A DNA stretch of 48,601 nucleotides from Methanobacteriota archaeon (GTDB lineage: Archaea; Thermoplasmatota; Poseidoniia; Poseidoniales; Thalassarchaeaceae). This document shows positions 9,148 to 19,559 of the stretch, one piece after another (within the stretch, counting starts at the first letter, position 1; each line of letters begins with the position of its first letter). The notes under the pieces were generated by a model. That model saw only the letters and a program-made list of their open reading frames with translations, was not told where the DNA came from and searched no databases. The stretch is from the NCBI GenBank assembly GCA_002730775.1, contig PCAW01000037.1, positions 1 to 48,601 of the forward strand. Reading direction: 5' to 3'. The position numbers and the translations under genes were made by a program.

Positions 9148-10524
9148 ATGGGGGCGTGGCAAAAACCTATTGATTCTGGCGGAATTCCTGATTCAGAGAC
9201 TCATTTTGATGTTATTGTTGTAGGAGGCGGTCCTGGAGGCTCGGCTGCAGCTGCTTACAACGCTTTGAACGGTTGTAAAGTTCTTTTATTGGAAAAAGAA
9301 ATTTGGCCTAGAGATAAGATATGTGGAGATGCGGTTGGAGGTAAATCGCTATCTCATGTAAAAGAATTAGGAGTCTTAGATATGATTGAGTCGACTCCTC
9401 ATTATGTAGTGGATTCTATCGTTTTCGGCAGTGCAAATGGTTCTGAAGTCAGAGTCATGCTGCCAAAGGAGTCCTATGAAAAAATGGGTTTACAATCTGG
9501 TTATGCATTGCCTAGAATGCAATTTGATTACATGATGTTTCAAAGAGGCCAAGAAATAGTTAGAGAAAATGGAGGATCTGTAATACAGGGTTTTTCTGTA
9601 CATGAAATAATATTTGAAAAAGAAAATGGTGTTCACAAAATAAAGGGCGTAAAGGGGAGTGTTGGAGGGAGAAAATCAGGTAATGAAGAATTAACATTCA
9701 CCTCTGCAGTCACAATCGGAGCTGGTGGTTACAATTGCCCGGTATCGAGAGTAATTACTGAATTGCATAATGAGCCACATAGAGACGATGATCATTTCTG
9801 TGGAGGCTATCGAGAATATTGGGATGATGTTGGAGGATTGGGAGGTGATGAGGGCCCGATTGAAATACACTTTATTGACGAAGTTTTACCGGGTTACTTC
9901 TGGCTTTTCCCCGTACAAGGAAATAGAGTTAACGTAGGGATTGGGATGTTAATTTCTGAACATAGAAAACTGAAAAAAGATAGAAAGAAATCTCTCAAGA
10001 AAATACAAAAATGGGTAATTAAAGAACATCCGCGATTTAAGGAAAGATTTGCGAATGCCACATTAGTTCCGGGTTCTGAAAAGGGGTGGCAATTACCGTT
10101 TGGTTCTCCGAGAAAGGATGCTCCCTCATATCAACCAAGGAGAGTGGCGATGGCGGGCGCTATGTGCGTAGGAGATTCTGCAAGCTTAGTGGATCCATTT
10201 AGTGGTGAAGGTATTGGTAACGCATTACTATCTGCAAAAATGACTTCAAAACATTTCGATAAAAATCTGCATGCAAATGGATTCCCGGAAGAAGGTGCTA
10301 AAGAATATATGATTGATTTATGGGGTGCATTGGGCTCTGAATTAAAAAATTCTAAGACTTTACAACAGGTTATGAAATGGAAAGTGCTTACCAATTGGTT
10401 TGTCAAGAAGGCATCAAAGAAAGAAGAGTTAGGAAAAATGATGTCGGAAATGATTGCCAGTAAAGAATCGCAAAAAATGCTTTGGAGTCCTTGGTTTTTA
10501 ATGAAAACATTATTATTACCATGA
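9148..10524 (+). CDS. Geranylgeranyl reductase family FAD oxidoreductase
   Basis: DVIVVGGGPGGS, PRDKICGDA, GYFWLFP, VGDSASLVDPFSGEGIG. Confidence 0.9.
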   Translation: MGAWQKPIDSGGIPDSETHFDVIVVGGGPGGSAAAAYNALNGCKVLLLEKEIWPRDKICGDAVGGKSLSHVKELGVLDMIESTPHYVVDSIVFGSANGSEVRVMLPKESYEKMGLQSGYALPRMQFDYMMFQRGQEIVRENGGSVIQGFSVHEIIFEKENGVHKIKGVKGSVGGRKSGNEELTFTSAVTIGAGGYNCPVSRVITELHNEPHRDDDHFCGGYREYWDDVGGLGGDEGPIEIHFIDEVLPGYFWLFPVQGNRVNVGIGMLISEHRKLKKDRKKSLKKIQKWVIKEHPRFKERFANATLVPGSEKGWQLPFGSPRKDAPSYQPRRVAMAGAMCVGDSASLVDPFSGEGIGNALLSAKMTSKHFDKNLHANGFPEEGAKEYMIDLWGALGSELKNSKTLQQVMKWKVLTNWFVKKASKKEELGKMMSEMIASKESQKMLWSPWFLMKTLLLP

Positions 10525-10534
10525 GGTTATATTT

Positions 10535-11320
10535 ATGCAAAATTTAACCCGTAATTTAGATGGGATTGAAGCAGTTTTCTTAGATTTAGATGGAACTATT
10601 TACATGGGAGATAATCTAATTAAAGGCGCTGTGAATTTTCTAAATCGGATAGAAGAAAAAGGGATTAGAAGATTCTTTTTATCCAATAACTCAAGCAAAT
10701 CAGTAAAGCAATATTTATCCAAACTAGAAAATTTAGGAGTGCCAGCTAAGGAAGAAGATATATTATTATCGACTCATGATTTATTGGCATGGCTTTCCTC
10801 AAATAATATTTCTGAAACCTACCTAGTAGGCACTGTTGGAATGAAAGAAATGCTAGAATCTGCGGGCGTTAATACATCTTCTAATGATCCCCAATATGTT
10901 GTTCTAGGTTACGACACTGAAATAACTTATCAGAAATTGACTCAAGCCTCGATTAATTTGCATAAGGGAGTGCCTTTGGTTGTCAGTCATCCAGATATGG
11001 TTTGCCCCTCACCAAATGGTGGCTTACCAGATACTGGAGCATATCTTGCATTGTTTGAAGCGACTACCGGCGTTAAACCCGAACATATTTGTGGGAAGCC
11101 AAATCCAGGAATGATTCTGCATAAAATACACGAATTAGGCATTGATCCGAAAAGCTGCGCAATGGTTGGCGATAGGCTCTACACTGATATGGAAATGGCT
11201 GAAAGATCGGGCGTTCATGGTATTTTGGTGTTATCTGGAGAAGCTACATTAGAAGATGCTAGGGCAGCGAACCAAAAACCGAGTTTGATTGTGGAATCAG
11301 TTGCAGAATTGTGTTTATGA
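10535..11320 (+). CDS. HAD-IIA (NagD-like) phosphatase
   Basis: DLDGTIY, SNNSSK, GKP, MVGDRLYTD. Confidence 0.94.
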   Translation: MQNLTRNLDGIEAVFLDLDGTIYMGDNLIKGAVNFLNRIEEKGIRRFFLSNNSSKSVKQYLSKLENLGVPAKEEDILLSTHDLLAWLSSNNISETYLVGTVGMKEMLESAGVNTSSNDPQYVVLGYDTEITYQKLTQASINLHKGVPLVVSHPDMVCPSPNGGLPDTGAYLALFEATTGVKPEHICGKPNPGMILHKIHELGIDPKSCAMVGDRLYTDMEMAERSGVHGILVLSGEATLEDARAANQKPSLIVESVAELCL

Positions 11321-11395
11321 TGAATTTCTTCACAGAGAAATTTCGTTTTATCATGTGTACTTGTTGTTTTAATAATAAAAGTCATTCGGGCCTCC

Positions 11396-13729
11396 ATGGA
11401 AGGAACGACTGACCCGTCAGTTTTAGAAGATAGATTATACTACAAAATTGGTAGTTTTGTTTATGATAATGCCAAGGTTGTATTAGTTACTACTTTACTG
11501 TTAGGAGTTGGTCTCGCGGGATTAATGACTTTGGAGCCTAAATATATCGAAGGTTTTGGCGAAGGAGATTTGGAATCTGTTCACGGATGGGATGCTATCG
11601 CAACTGGATTTTCTGATGAAAATGAAAGTTCTTATGAGGTTTTTTATGTTCTCTTCCATCACCCAAGCGGAAACTCTAGTGATGTAGAAATTAGAACCGC
11701 GATGGAAGAAACCGTTAGAGTGTTTCAAACTAACGAAGATGTTACAATAGATTATCCTTGGTTCACTAATGAGGCAAATAAGTCGAATCTGATCAGTACC
11801 ATTGATGAGTCTTGGTCTAGAATACGCGTACAATTCAACTTGGATAGAGAGGAATCAAAGGTTTTGCTAAAGGAAACTATTGAAGATTTGGAGTTACCAG
11901 AAAATACTCCTGAGGGAATGGAAAAATGGGTAACTGGAAACTTGGCTATCGACGTTGTATTTGACTTAACTCTTGAAGATGAATTAATCAAAGCGGAATT
12001 AATCTCTGCTCCTCTTACCTTACTTATTTTACTACTAGTGTTTGGAAGTCTTGTTGCTGCGGGTTTGCCTGTTCTGACTGGAATTTACACAGTGATTGCG
12101 GCTGTAGGTATAGTTACTGGACTAACTTATATTTTTGACGATATCACGATTTATGCAAATAATATTGTATCATTACTAGGTATTGGATTAAGTGTAGATT
12201 ATTCATTATTCATAGTTAATCGATTCAGAGAGGAGTTGCGTAGAGGTAGAGACCATAAAACGGCTATTGCAATGACTAGTGCTACTGCAGGTAGGGCTAT
12301 TTTCTTCTCTGCAATGACTGTGATGGTTGGATTGATGGGTATGTTGTTTTTCGAAAATACTGGTTTGCCATCACTAGGTTGGGGCGGTATATGTGCCACC
12401 CTTGTTGCTTTGGTTTCATCAGTAGTTCTTTTACCAGCTATATTATCCTTATTAGGAGATAGAATAAACTCATTCAAAGTTCCTTTCTCAATGACAGATA
12501 CGAACAAGGAAGACGGTTTTTGGTCATGGATTGCTGAAGGCGTAATGAAGCGTCCTTTATCCGTACTAATCCCAGCAGTGATGGTTCTACTAATCGCTGG
12601 TTCTCCTTTTCTCCAAGCAGATTGGGGCATAACTACGTACAAGGCTTTGAGTCCGGATGATGAATCAAGGAACGGTTTAGAATTAACAGATGTTTATTGG
12701 CCAGAAAATGTTGGGAATACTGCTCAGATTGTATTTGAAATTGAAGAAAATATTGATCCTTTCTCAGAAGAAAATATTCGTAACTTGTACAATTTTTCAA
12801 AGGAAATTATGACTATCGAACATACTAGTTATGTTTACACGTATGCACATTTTGATTCATCGATGAATCAAGACGAAGTAATTGCCTTTTGGGATGACTC
12901 TGAAGACGAAAACTTGACTTCTGAAGAAAAATATAATCTAGATTTAAAAAGGAATTTTCATATTGAAAGTTCTGTAGGAAATAATGTAATTTTAGTGATT
13001 GTTGGAATAGAGGGTGAACAATCTAGTGAAGATTCTAGAGATGTTGTAAGAAGTATTCGATCTTTAGAAAGTAAAAATGATCAGTTTGGTAGCCAAAGTA
13101 CTGTTAATGTTGCTGGTATTGCAGCTTACAATCAAGATATTTTAGAAGCGGTGGCAGAAAATATGCCGATTGCTTTGGTATTTATTCTGATCTCGAGTTA
13201 TATACTTATTTTCTTACAAGTTAGATCGGTGGTTTTGCCACTAAAGGCACTAGTAATGAATGTATTATCAGTCAGTGCTTCGTTCGGAGTATTGGTATGG
13301 ATTTTTCAATATGGTAATGGGGCTGAATTATTAAATTTCACACCTCAACCGATAGATCCAACAACTCCAGTAATGATTTTTGCAATTTTATTCGGATTGA
13401 GTATGGATTATGAAGTTTTGATGCTATCAAGAATTCACGAAGAATGGGAGCGAACCAAGGATAATACAAAGGCTGTTGCGGTCGGATTACAAAAGAGTGG
13501 CCGGATAATTACGTCCGCGGCTTTGGTAATGATAACTGTGTTTTCCGCCTTCGGTTTTTCCTCGGTTGTCATAATGAAACAATTCGGCTTTATGCTTGCT
13601 TTGGGTGTTGCTGTTGATGCTAGTATCGTTAGAGCATTGGTCGTTCCATCCACAATGCGATTAATGGGCGACATAAATTGGTGGGCTCCAAGTTGGATAT
13701 CAAAAAATGAGTCTGATGAGGAAGAATAA
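11396..13729 (+). CDS. MMPL (RND superfamily) transporter, MmpL3/MmpL11-like
   Basis: Two 6-TM repeats with large loops; GLSVDYSLF..NRFREE, TAGRAIFFSA, FGLSMDYEV...SRI.EE, GRIITSAA, DASIVR..VVP. Confidence 0.93.
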   Translation: MEGTTDPSVLEDRLYYKIGSFVYDNAKVVLVTTLLLGVGLAGLMTLEPKYIEGFGEGDLESVHGWDAIATGFSDENESSYEVFYVLFHHPSGNSSDVEIRTAMEETVRVFQTNEDVTIDYPWFTNEANKSNLISTIDESWSRIRVQFNLDREESKVLLKETIEDLELPENTPEGMEKWVTGNLAIDVVFDLTLEDELIKAELISAPLTLLILLLVFGSLVAAGLPVLTGIYTVIAAVGIVTGLTYIFDDITIYANNIVSLLGIGLSVDYSLFIVNRFREELRRGRDHKTAIAMTSATAGRAIFFSAMTVMVGLMGMLFFENTGLPSLGWGGICATLVALVSSVVLLPAILSLLGDRINSFKVPFSMTDTNKEDGFWSWIAEGVMKRPLSVLIPAVMVLLIAGSPFLQADWGITTYKALSPDDESRNGLELTDVYWPENVGNTAQIVFEIEENIDPFSEENIRNLYNFSKEIMTIEHTSYVYTYAHFDSSMNQDEVIAFWDDSEDENLTSEEKYNLDLKRNFHIESSVGNNVILVIVGIEGEQSSEDSRDVVRSIRSLESKNDQFGSQSTVNVAGIAAYNQDILEAVAENMPIALVFILISSYILIFLQVRSVVLPLKALVMNVLSVSASFGVLVWIFQYGNGAELLNFTPQPIDPTTPVMIFAILFGLSMDYEVLMLSRIHEEWERTKDNTKAVAVGLQKSGRIITSAALVMITVFSAFGFSSVVIMKQFGFMLALGVAVDASIVRALVVPSTMRLMGDINWWAPSWISKNESDEEE

Positions 13730-13767
13730 TTCGTTAAGTCGAAGTGTGTAGGCTCGGATGGGTTTGT

Positions 13768-14802
13768 ATGAATAAGGAATGCGTTGTTGTAACTGGCGCT
13801 AGTGGATATATTGGGAGCCATATTGTGGCGAATCTCTTATTGAAGGGTAAAAAAGTTAGAGCGACAGTTCGAGATTCGCAAGACCATGAACGAGTCAAGC
13901 ACTTGAAAGAAATGGAAGTATCAGAGAATGGTTCGTTAGAAATTGTGGAAATGGATCTTTTTGATGAGGATAGTGTGGACCTTGCAATAAGTGGAGCGAC
14001 GGATGTAATTCATACTGCTGCGGTAGTCATCGTGAGGTCAAAAAATCCACAGGAAAAAATTGTTGATCCAAGTGTAATTGGCACGAAAAATATTATTTCA
14101 GCAATTGAAAAAAGTGGCACTGTTGAAAGATTCGTTCACACATCTTCAACTGCAGCAATTCGTCCACAAGAATGGGAAGATGGTGAAGTCTTGACTACAG
14201 AAACATTTGCGAAAGATGCCACATTAGAACAGAATCCATACGGGTTGGCGAAATATAGTGCTGAAATGGTTGTTAGAGATTGGCATAAACAAAAGAATGA
14301 TGTGAAAAAACCAAGGATGGTTACTATTCATCCTTGTATGGTTTTTGGCCCACCCCTTTCACCAAGACACCTGAGAGGATCTCTTTCAATTATTATGATG
14401 TTAGTCAACAGAGAATTGCCAGTATTACTGCCTATGCAAATCAGCATAGTTGACGTTAGAGATGTTGCTGAAGCTCATGTAAGGGCATTGACGATGGGGA
14501 GAGATGGAGGGAGATATCTGACGGTTGCTGGCGAGATGATGTGGAGCGATATTTCAAAAATTCTAATAAAAGAGTTTCCTGAAAGGAAATGGCCTTTCAG
14601 ACAATTATCTTACTACTTTGCACTGATAGTGTGTGCATTTCATCCGAGAGTGAGTGTTTCTTGGGCAAAAAGACATTTGAAAAATAAATTATATTGGGAT
14701 GCTGCTCCTGCTGAAAAAGATCTGAAAATGGAATGGAGATCTATTGATGCAACATTGGTTGATACGATTCCAAATATTGTAAACAATAATTGGGATAAAT
14801 AA
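13768..14802 (+). CDS. NAD(P)-dependent epimerase/dehydratase (DFR/aldehyde reductase-like extended SDR)
   Basis: VTGASGYIG, HTSSTAA, YGLAK, VDVRDVAEAH. Confidence 0.92.
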   Translation: MNKECVVVTGASGYIGSHIVANLLLKGKKVRATVRDSQDHERVKHLKEMEVSENGSLEIVEMDLFDEDSVDLAISGATDVIHTAAVVIVRSKNPQEKIVDPSVIGTKNIISAIEKSGTVERFVHTSSTAAIRPQEWEDGEVLTTETFAKDATLEQNPYGLAKYSAEMVVRDWHKQKNDVKKPRMVTIHPCMVFGPPLSPRHLRGSLSIIMMLVNRELPVLLPMQISIVDVRDVAEAHVRALTMGRDGGRYLTVAGEMMWSDISKILIKEFPERKWPFRQLSYYFALIVCAFHPRVSVSWAKRHLKNKLYWDAAPAEKDLKMEWRSIDATLVDTIPNIVNNNWDK

Positions 14803-14852
14803 TCACACACTAATACTGTTTATGTTTTATGCTATTGTGAAATCGCGAACAT

Positions 14853-17360
14853 ATGCGCACTCTTACTCAGAATAGGGGTTTGGTGAAATTGAATCAAAAA
14901 TCCGTAGTAGGTATACGACTAAATGCACTGCTAATGGTGGTACTAATCGCTTCCATGTCGGGCTCTATTGCTTATGCAAGCAACAGTACTCAACCCGATA
15001 CATCAAAAATGAGTAAGGAATTAGTTTCTGAATTGGAATCAGTGGACGAAATAGAGGTAATTATTCAATTCACTAGTGAGCAAGATAATTCCGTTTGGCA
15101 GTCTCTGGAAACCATGGGAATCGAAATGATTTCTGAAATGTCTGTGCTAAATGGGGGCCTAATCGTTGGAAAATCAACAGATATCTCTCGGCTTTCTACA
15201 TTTTCAATAGTACAACACATGGAGCTTAACGTCCCTATTGAACATTTTTATCTGCCGGGAGACCAAAATGATACTGAAGCCATGATGCACGAAACTGTAA
15301 GATGGGTGAATGCTAGCTTGGCATGGCATCGTGCAATAATCGGAACCGATGGGGTTCTCAAAACAGAACCCGACCTCTCTCTGAAAGAATATGATGGTGA
15401 GGGCGCCACCGCAGTAGATCTTGATACTGGAATTGATGGTGAGCATCCAGACTTTGATTGTGGAGAGCCATGGACGGGAGAGAAACTAATCTGGTCAGCT
15501 AAATGGACCGGTCTCGCATGGGTAGATGCTCCTAATTGTAATTCAGACACATCCAGCGGGCATGGGACTCACGTTGGCGGGACTATAGCAGGAAATGGTG
15601 ACGCATCGGGCGGTAGAAGGTTAGGTACCGCAAAGGGCGCAACAATAGTTGCACTTGGAACTGGAGATGGAGCATCAATATTTGCAGCCGTAGAAGGGCT
15701 TGAGTGGACTTACCAACACAGTAGACCTGGTTTGAATGACTTCAATATCCGAGTAGTGTCTAATTCTTGGGGTACTAATGGAGATTACAACCCCTCCAAC
15801 GTAGTAACACTGCTTACAGACATGCTGACTTACGAAAATGATGTTGCTGTAATTTTCGCTGCTTCAAATAGTGGAGGAAGCGGCGGAGAGTCAGAAAGTG
15901 ATTTGCGAACAAATGTATACGCGAATACGCCGTCAGCAATATCCGTAGCTGCGCTTACTCACGACGGTAATGCTGTCACCTCTTTTTCGAGTAGAGGTTG
16001 GGATACCCAGCAACATACGTGGCCAGATATTGGAGCACCCGGTAGAGATATTTGGGCAACAGCACCAAGGGCGACTGCGATTGACGCCTCGACAAGGACT
16101 CAGGGCGATCTGTACTACATGGCAATATCAGGTACTAGTATGGCAACGCCACATATTGGAGGAATTGCAACACTTCTCCTAGCGGCTGCACCATCATTAG
16201 GTGCTGCTGATTATCAAATTGAAGATCATGATGAAGGCGAAAGCATGTATTTTGATCAACCTGCAAAGGGTTTGCAATTCGAAGATTGGGCAACTAGGAA
16301 TGAATCAAGAGTACATGAAATCGAATTAATTCTAGAACTCACCTCACATTATGAAATCCTGAGAAACTCATGTGAAGAAGGCAATGATGATGACAATTGC
16401 GATAATATTCCAGAGGATTGCTATCTCTCAGAAAATACAGACAGATGTCATGATTGGAGAGTCGGACACGGCCTCGTCGACACAGATAGAGCTCTAGCAC
16501 TTGCAAGAACTCTTCAGGTTATGCGAGATCCTAATGAAGACGGTTTCTTAGATTATCCAGAAGCTACCGTTTGGGACGCTTACGAACATTATGAGGGGAT
16601 TATGGATACAAGAGGTTTGCAACTCAGCACCGATCAACTTAGACATGCTTGGAAAGGAGAGTGGAGTCATTTCAATAACGGCCCTACTAGCACTTTCGGC
16701 ACATATTCCACCGACGATAGACACTACGTTTGGGTTCCAAACGGAACATATGAAATGCAAATTGCATTCAGTTCTCTGGATTGGGATACTGATACAGCAC
16801 AAATAGCCCAAATTAGACCAAATGTTGATCTTGCCTCCGATGGAAATGATGATGCACAAGGGCAGGGGACTCTAGTTGGTGATACGATTTACGTCGTATT
16901 GGATATCCAGCCAGAGCATTGGAATGCATGGACTGAATTCGATGTGACAGGTACGGCAATATCTCTTCCAGTCACAGGAGTCTTGACGGGTTCAGAATTT
17001 ATGGAGCCGCGAGTACCCTACACATTTGACGTTCTACTCACACTCGATGTTAGCCAAGAATGGACATTTGAAGTTCCATTACGGTTCGATGGATACTCAG
17101 ACTTGGATCCTGCCCCTCCTTCAGATTTCTATGATGAAGATTCTTCATTCGACTTGATTATGGTCAGGCCAATTTACGATGAAAGTAAGATACCTGCATT
17201 TAACGCTGACAATTCACCAATGATTGAAAAATCATCTAACTCAATTTTTATGGCTGGATTTTTGCTTTCGTCTCTTCTCATCATTGTTGTGGCAGCCACT
17301 ATATGGCTGCGGAATAAATCTGATGATGTCTTAGACGCTGTAATTGAAAATGAAGAGTGA
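14853..17360 (+). CDS. Secreted, C-terminally anchored S8 (subtilisin-like) serine peptidase
   Basis: Signal peptide; triad DTGID / HGTHVGG / GTSMATPH; C-terminal TM; exact start uncertain. Confidence 0.94.
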   Translation: MRTLTQNRGLVKLNQKSVVGIRLNALLMVVLIASMSGSIAYASNSTQPDTSKMSKELVSELESVDEIEVIIQFTSEQDNSVWQSLETMGIEMISEMSVLNGGLIVGKSTDISRLSTFSIVQHMELNVPIEHFYLPGDQNDTEAMMHETVRWVNASLAWHRAIIGTDGVLKTEPDLSLKEYDGEGATAVDLDTGIDGEHPDFDCGEPWTGEKLIWSAKWTGLAWVDAPNCNSDTSSGHGTHVGGTIAGNGDASGGRRLGTAKGATIVALGTGDGASIFAAVEGLEWTYQHSRPGLNDFNIRVVSNSWGTNGDYNPSNVVTLLTDMLTYENDVAVIFAASNSGGSGGESESDLRTNVYANTPSAISVAALTHDGNAVTSFSSRGWDTQQHTWPDIGAPGRDIWATAPRATAIDASTRTQGDLYYMAISGTSMATPHIGGIATLLLAAAPSLGAADYQIEDHDEGESMYFDQPAKGLQFEDWATRNESRVHEIELILELTSHYEILRNSCEEGNDDDNCDNIPEDCYLSENTDRCHDWRVGHGLVDTDRALALARTLQVMRDPNEDGFLDYPEATVWDAYEHYEGIMDTRGLQLSTDQLRHAWKGEWSHFNNGPTSTFGTYSTDDRHYVWVPNGTYEMQIAFSSLDWDTDTAQIAQIRPNVDLASDGNDDAQGQGTLVGDTIYVVLDIQPEHWNAWTEFDVTGTAISLPVTGVLTGSEFMEPRVPYTFDVLLTLDVSQEWTFEVPLRFDGYSDLDPAPPSDFYDEDSSFDLIMVRPIYDESKIPAFNADNSPMIEKSSNSIFMAGFLLSSLLIIVVAATIWLRNKSDDVLDAVIENEE

Positions 17361-17437
17361 AAAATCATCAGATTCTTGTTTCTTACTGAATATATTATAC
17401 CGTTATTCTGATGTATGTGGTGTACTGACGGTTGTTC

Positions 17438-18910
17438 ATGCGTGCTATAGCCGGCTGTATGATATTGCTTTTTTTGGCACCGATGATTTCTGGATGTTTT
17501 GCTGGTGATACCGTTGAGGAAATTAAAGAGAACAATCCCTTTGATAATCTCTGCCCAAATGGCATTGCTAACAATACGTGGTACCACTATCCCGGGGCTA
17601 TCGATGCCTTGACTTCTCCCCATATAGTAAATGGAACTTCAATTTTACAAGGTGAAAATATTCCTATATGTACAGAGGGGACGTATTATGGAATTGGGTT
17701 TTCCACTTTTGAGCCCACTATTGGGATTACTTCTCAGGATAACATATACATGACTAGTTGGGGTAATGGTGCCGCTGGCGCTACTGCAATTATTCAGTGT
17801 AGCGACCTTTTCGAGATGACTAATGTTTCCGATTATTCATGCCAAGATGTTTACAGTCCTACTTTAATTCCTGTTGGGAATTCTAATGACCCTTATGTTT
17901 ACGTAGACCCTTGGACCGACCGAATAATGAAGTTCGATATGCATGCCTTATTGGGAATGACTGTTGAAACATCGGACGATGAAGGAGAAACATGGTCTCC
18001 GTTGCCTACAGGTGCTTCAGGAACTTCGATTCAGGATCATCAAACAATAGCTTCCTCTCCGTATCCTGCGGTATTACATCCAACAACATGGGTATTCTGT
18101 ATCAATGGTAACTGGCAGTCTCCACTATGCTCATCAAGTTTTGATGGAGGTTTAACTTGGACTCAGCAAGTTCCAGGTGCTCCGCCTAATTGTAACAGCG
18201 GAGGATTGACTGGCCATATGGTAGGAGCCAATGATGGGAACTTCTACAGAGGTAACCCTAGTTGTGATGGAGAGGGTTATTCAATTTACAAATCCACTGA
18301 CGGTGGTTTAACTTGGTCTGAACATGTTCTACCAACAGACGTTACAGGCACTGCAGATACTTGGAATGCCGAAGAAGCACAAGTTTATCCTGATGAAGAA
18401 AACAATGTACATGCAATGTGGATGGGTGTTGATGATTTACCATATTATTCATATTCATTGGATCAGGGAAATTCTTGGAGTGATCCATTGATGATTGCCC
18501 CTCCAGGACTGAATGGTACCGGTTTCCCTGCAGTAGCAGCAGGAGATAGCGGTCGTGTCGCCTTTGCCTATCTTGGAGATACAGGAGGAGATACATGGAA
18601 TGGTTATATTTCAGTTATGACAGACTCATTCAGTGATATGCCGTTGATAACTACTGTCCAAGTGAACGAATTTGGCGACCCGTTGAGTCTGGAAGCTGAA
18701 TGCGGATACAATAGATGCGGAGGATTTGGGGATTTCATAGATATTCTTGTAGATAGTCATGGAAGGGCTTGGTTTGGTCTTTCACATAATATTGGAAATA
18801 ATATACAAGATGAAGGTATTTACGGGACCATGATGATGGGGCCAAGTCTCAGAGGGCCTACAGTACCACTGAATGTATTACCAGAAGGTGGGCCTCAGAC
18901 ATTGGCTTAA
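17438..18910 (+). CDS. Lipoprotein with Asp-box (BNR) repeats, sialidase-like beta-propeller
   Basis: Lipobox ISGC; Asp-boxes SDDEGETW, SFDGGLTW, STDGGLTW, SLDQGNSW. Confidence 0.85.
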   Translation: MRAIAGCMILLFLAPMISGCFAGDTVEEIKENNPFDNLCPNGIANNTWYHYPGAIDALTSPHIVNGTSILQGENIPICTEGTYYGIGFSTFEPTIGITSQDNIYMTSWGNGAAGATAIIQCSDLFEMTNVSDYSCQDVYSPTLIPVGNSNDPYVYVDPWTDRIMKFDMHALLGMTVETSDDEGETWSPLPTGASGTSIQDHQTIASSPYPAVLHPTTWVFCINGNWQSPLCSSSFDGGLTWTQQVPGAPPNCNSGGLTGHMVGANDGNFYRGNPSCDGEGYSIYKSTDGGLTWSEHVLPTDVTGTADTWNAEEAQVYPDEENNVHAMWMGVDDLPYYSYSLDQGNSWSDPLMIAPPGLNGTGFPAVAAGDSGRVAFAYLGDTGGDTWNGYISVMTDSFSDMPLITTVQVNEFGDPLSLEAECGYNRCGGFGDFIDILVDSHGRAWFGLSHNIGNNIQDEGIYGTMMMGPSLRGPTVPLNVLPEGGPQTLA

Positions 18911-18911
18911 T

Positions 18912-19559
18912 TCAGAATCCATTTGACCAAATATCAATCCCTTGAAGAATGAACCCGCCTGCAAATATCAACATTGCAACACCGCAAAGAGATAAAGCAA
19001 ATTTATAACTTTTAGCAGAGATATTCCCTCGACTTTTGTCGAATAAATATGCGATAAAGGTCTTTACCAAAATAATTGAAATCAGGAAAGAAATCGCGTA
19101 AGCAATGGGCGCTAGAGGTTCTTTTTCAGCAGCAGATGCCATCAGAGGACCTCCAATTAAAAACCAAAAAACATAGACATTTGGGTTCAATAAATTAGTC
19201 AATAACCCTCTTCGAAACGCTCCTTTAGCATCCGTAATCAATTCATCACCAATTGGGGGTTCTATAGAAAAACAATCTATGCCCATTTTTATTAAAAATA
19301 GCCCCCCTATAATTGAAATAGTAAATAACGCAAAGGGTTGAGTCGCAAACCATGTCGCTGCAAATAAACTAATTATCACTAAAGGGCCATCTGTAAAAAT
19401 TGGTGCAGCAGCTGTCCAAGCACCGGCTCTAAGCCCTCCCGAAAGTGTTTCCTTAATCACCATCGTAAGTAAAGGCCCCGGCTTTATTCCTTCCACAAGT
19501 CCTAATGTAGCCCCTGCCAGAGTCAAACCTAAAATTAGATCTATCTCCATAATTCCCAT
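18912..19559 (-). CDS. LysE family translocator
   Basis: GIKPGPL..., APIFTDGP, RGLLTNLLNP..Y.FW. Confidence 0.9.
   Translation of the reverse strand: MGIMEIDLILGLTLAGATLGLVEGIKPGPLLTMVIKETLSGGLRAGAWTAAAPIFTDGPLVIISLFAATWFATQPFALFTISIIGGLFLIKMGIDCFSIEPPIGDELITDAKGAFRRGLLTNLLNPNVYVFWFLIGGPLMASAAEKEPLAPIAYAISFLISIILVKTFIAYLFDKSRGNISAKSYKFALSLCGVAMLIFAGGFILQGIDIWSNGF

Noticed and set aside
17438..18910. Specific call as sialidase
   Set aside because: Asp-boxes alone are not diagnostic and no FRIP motif was seen
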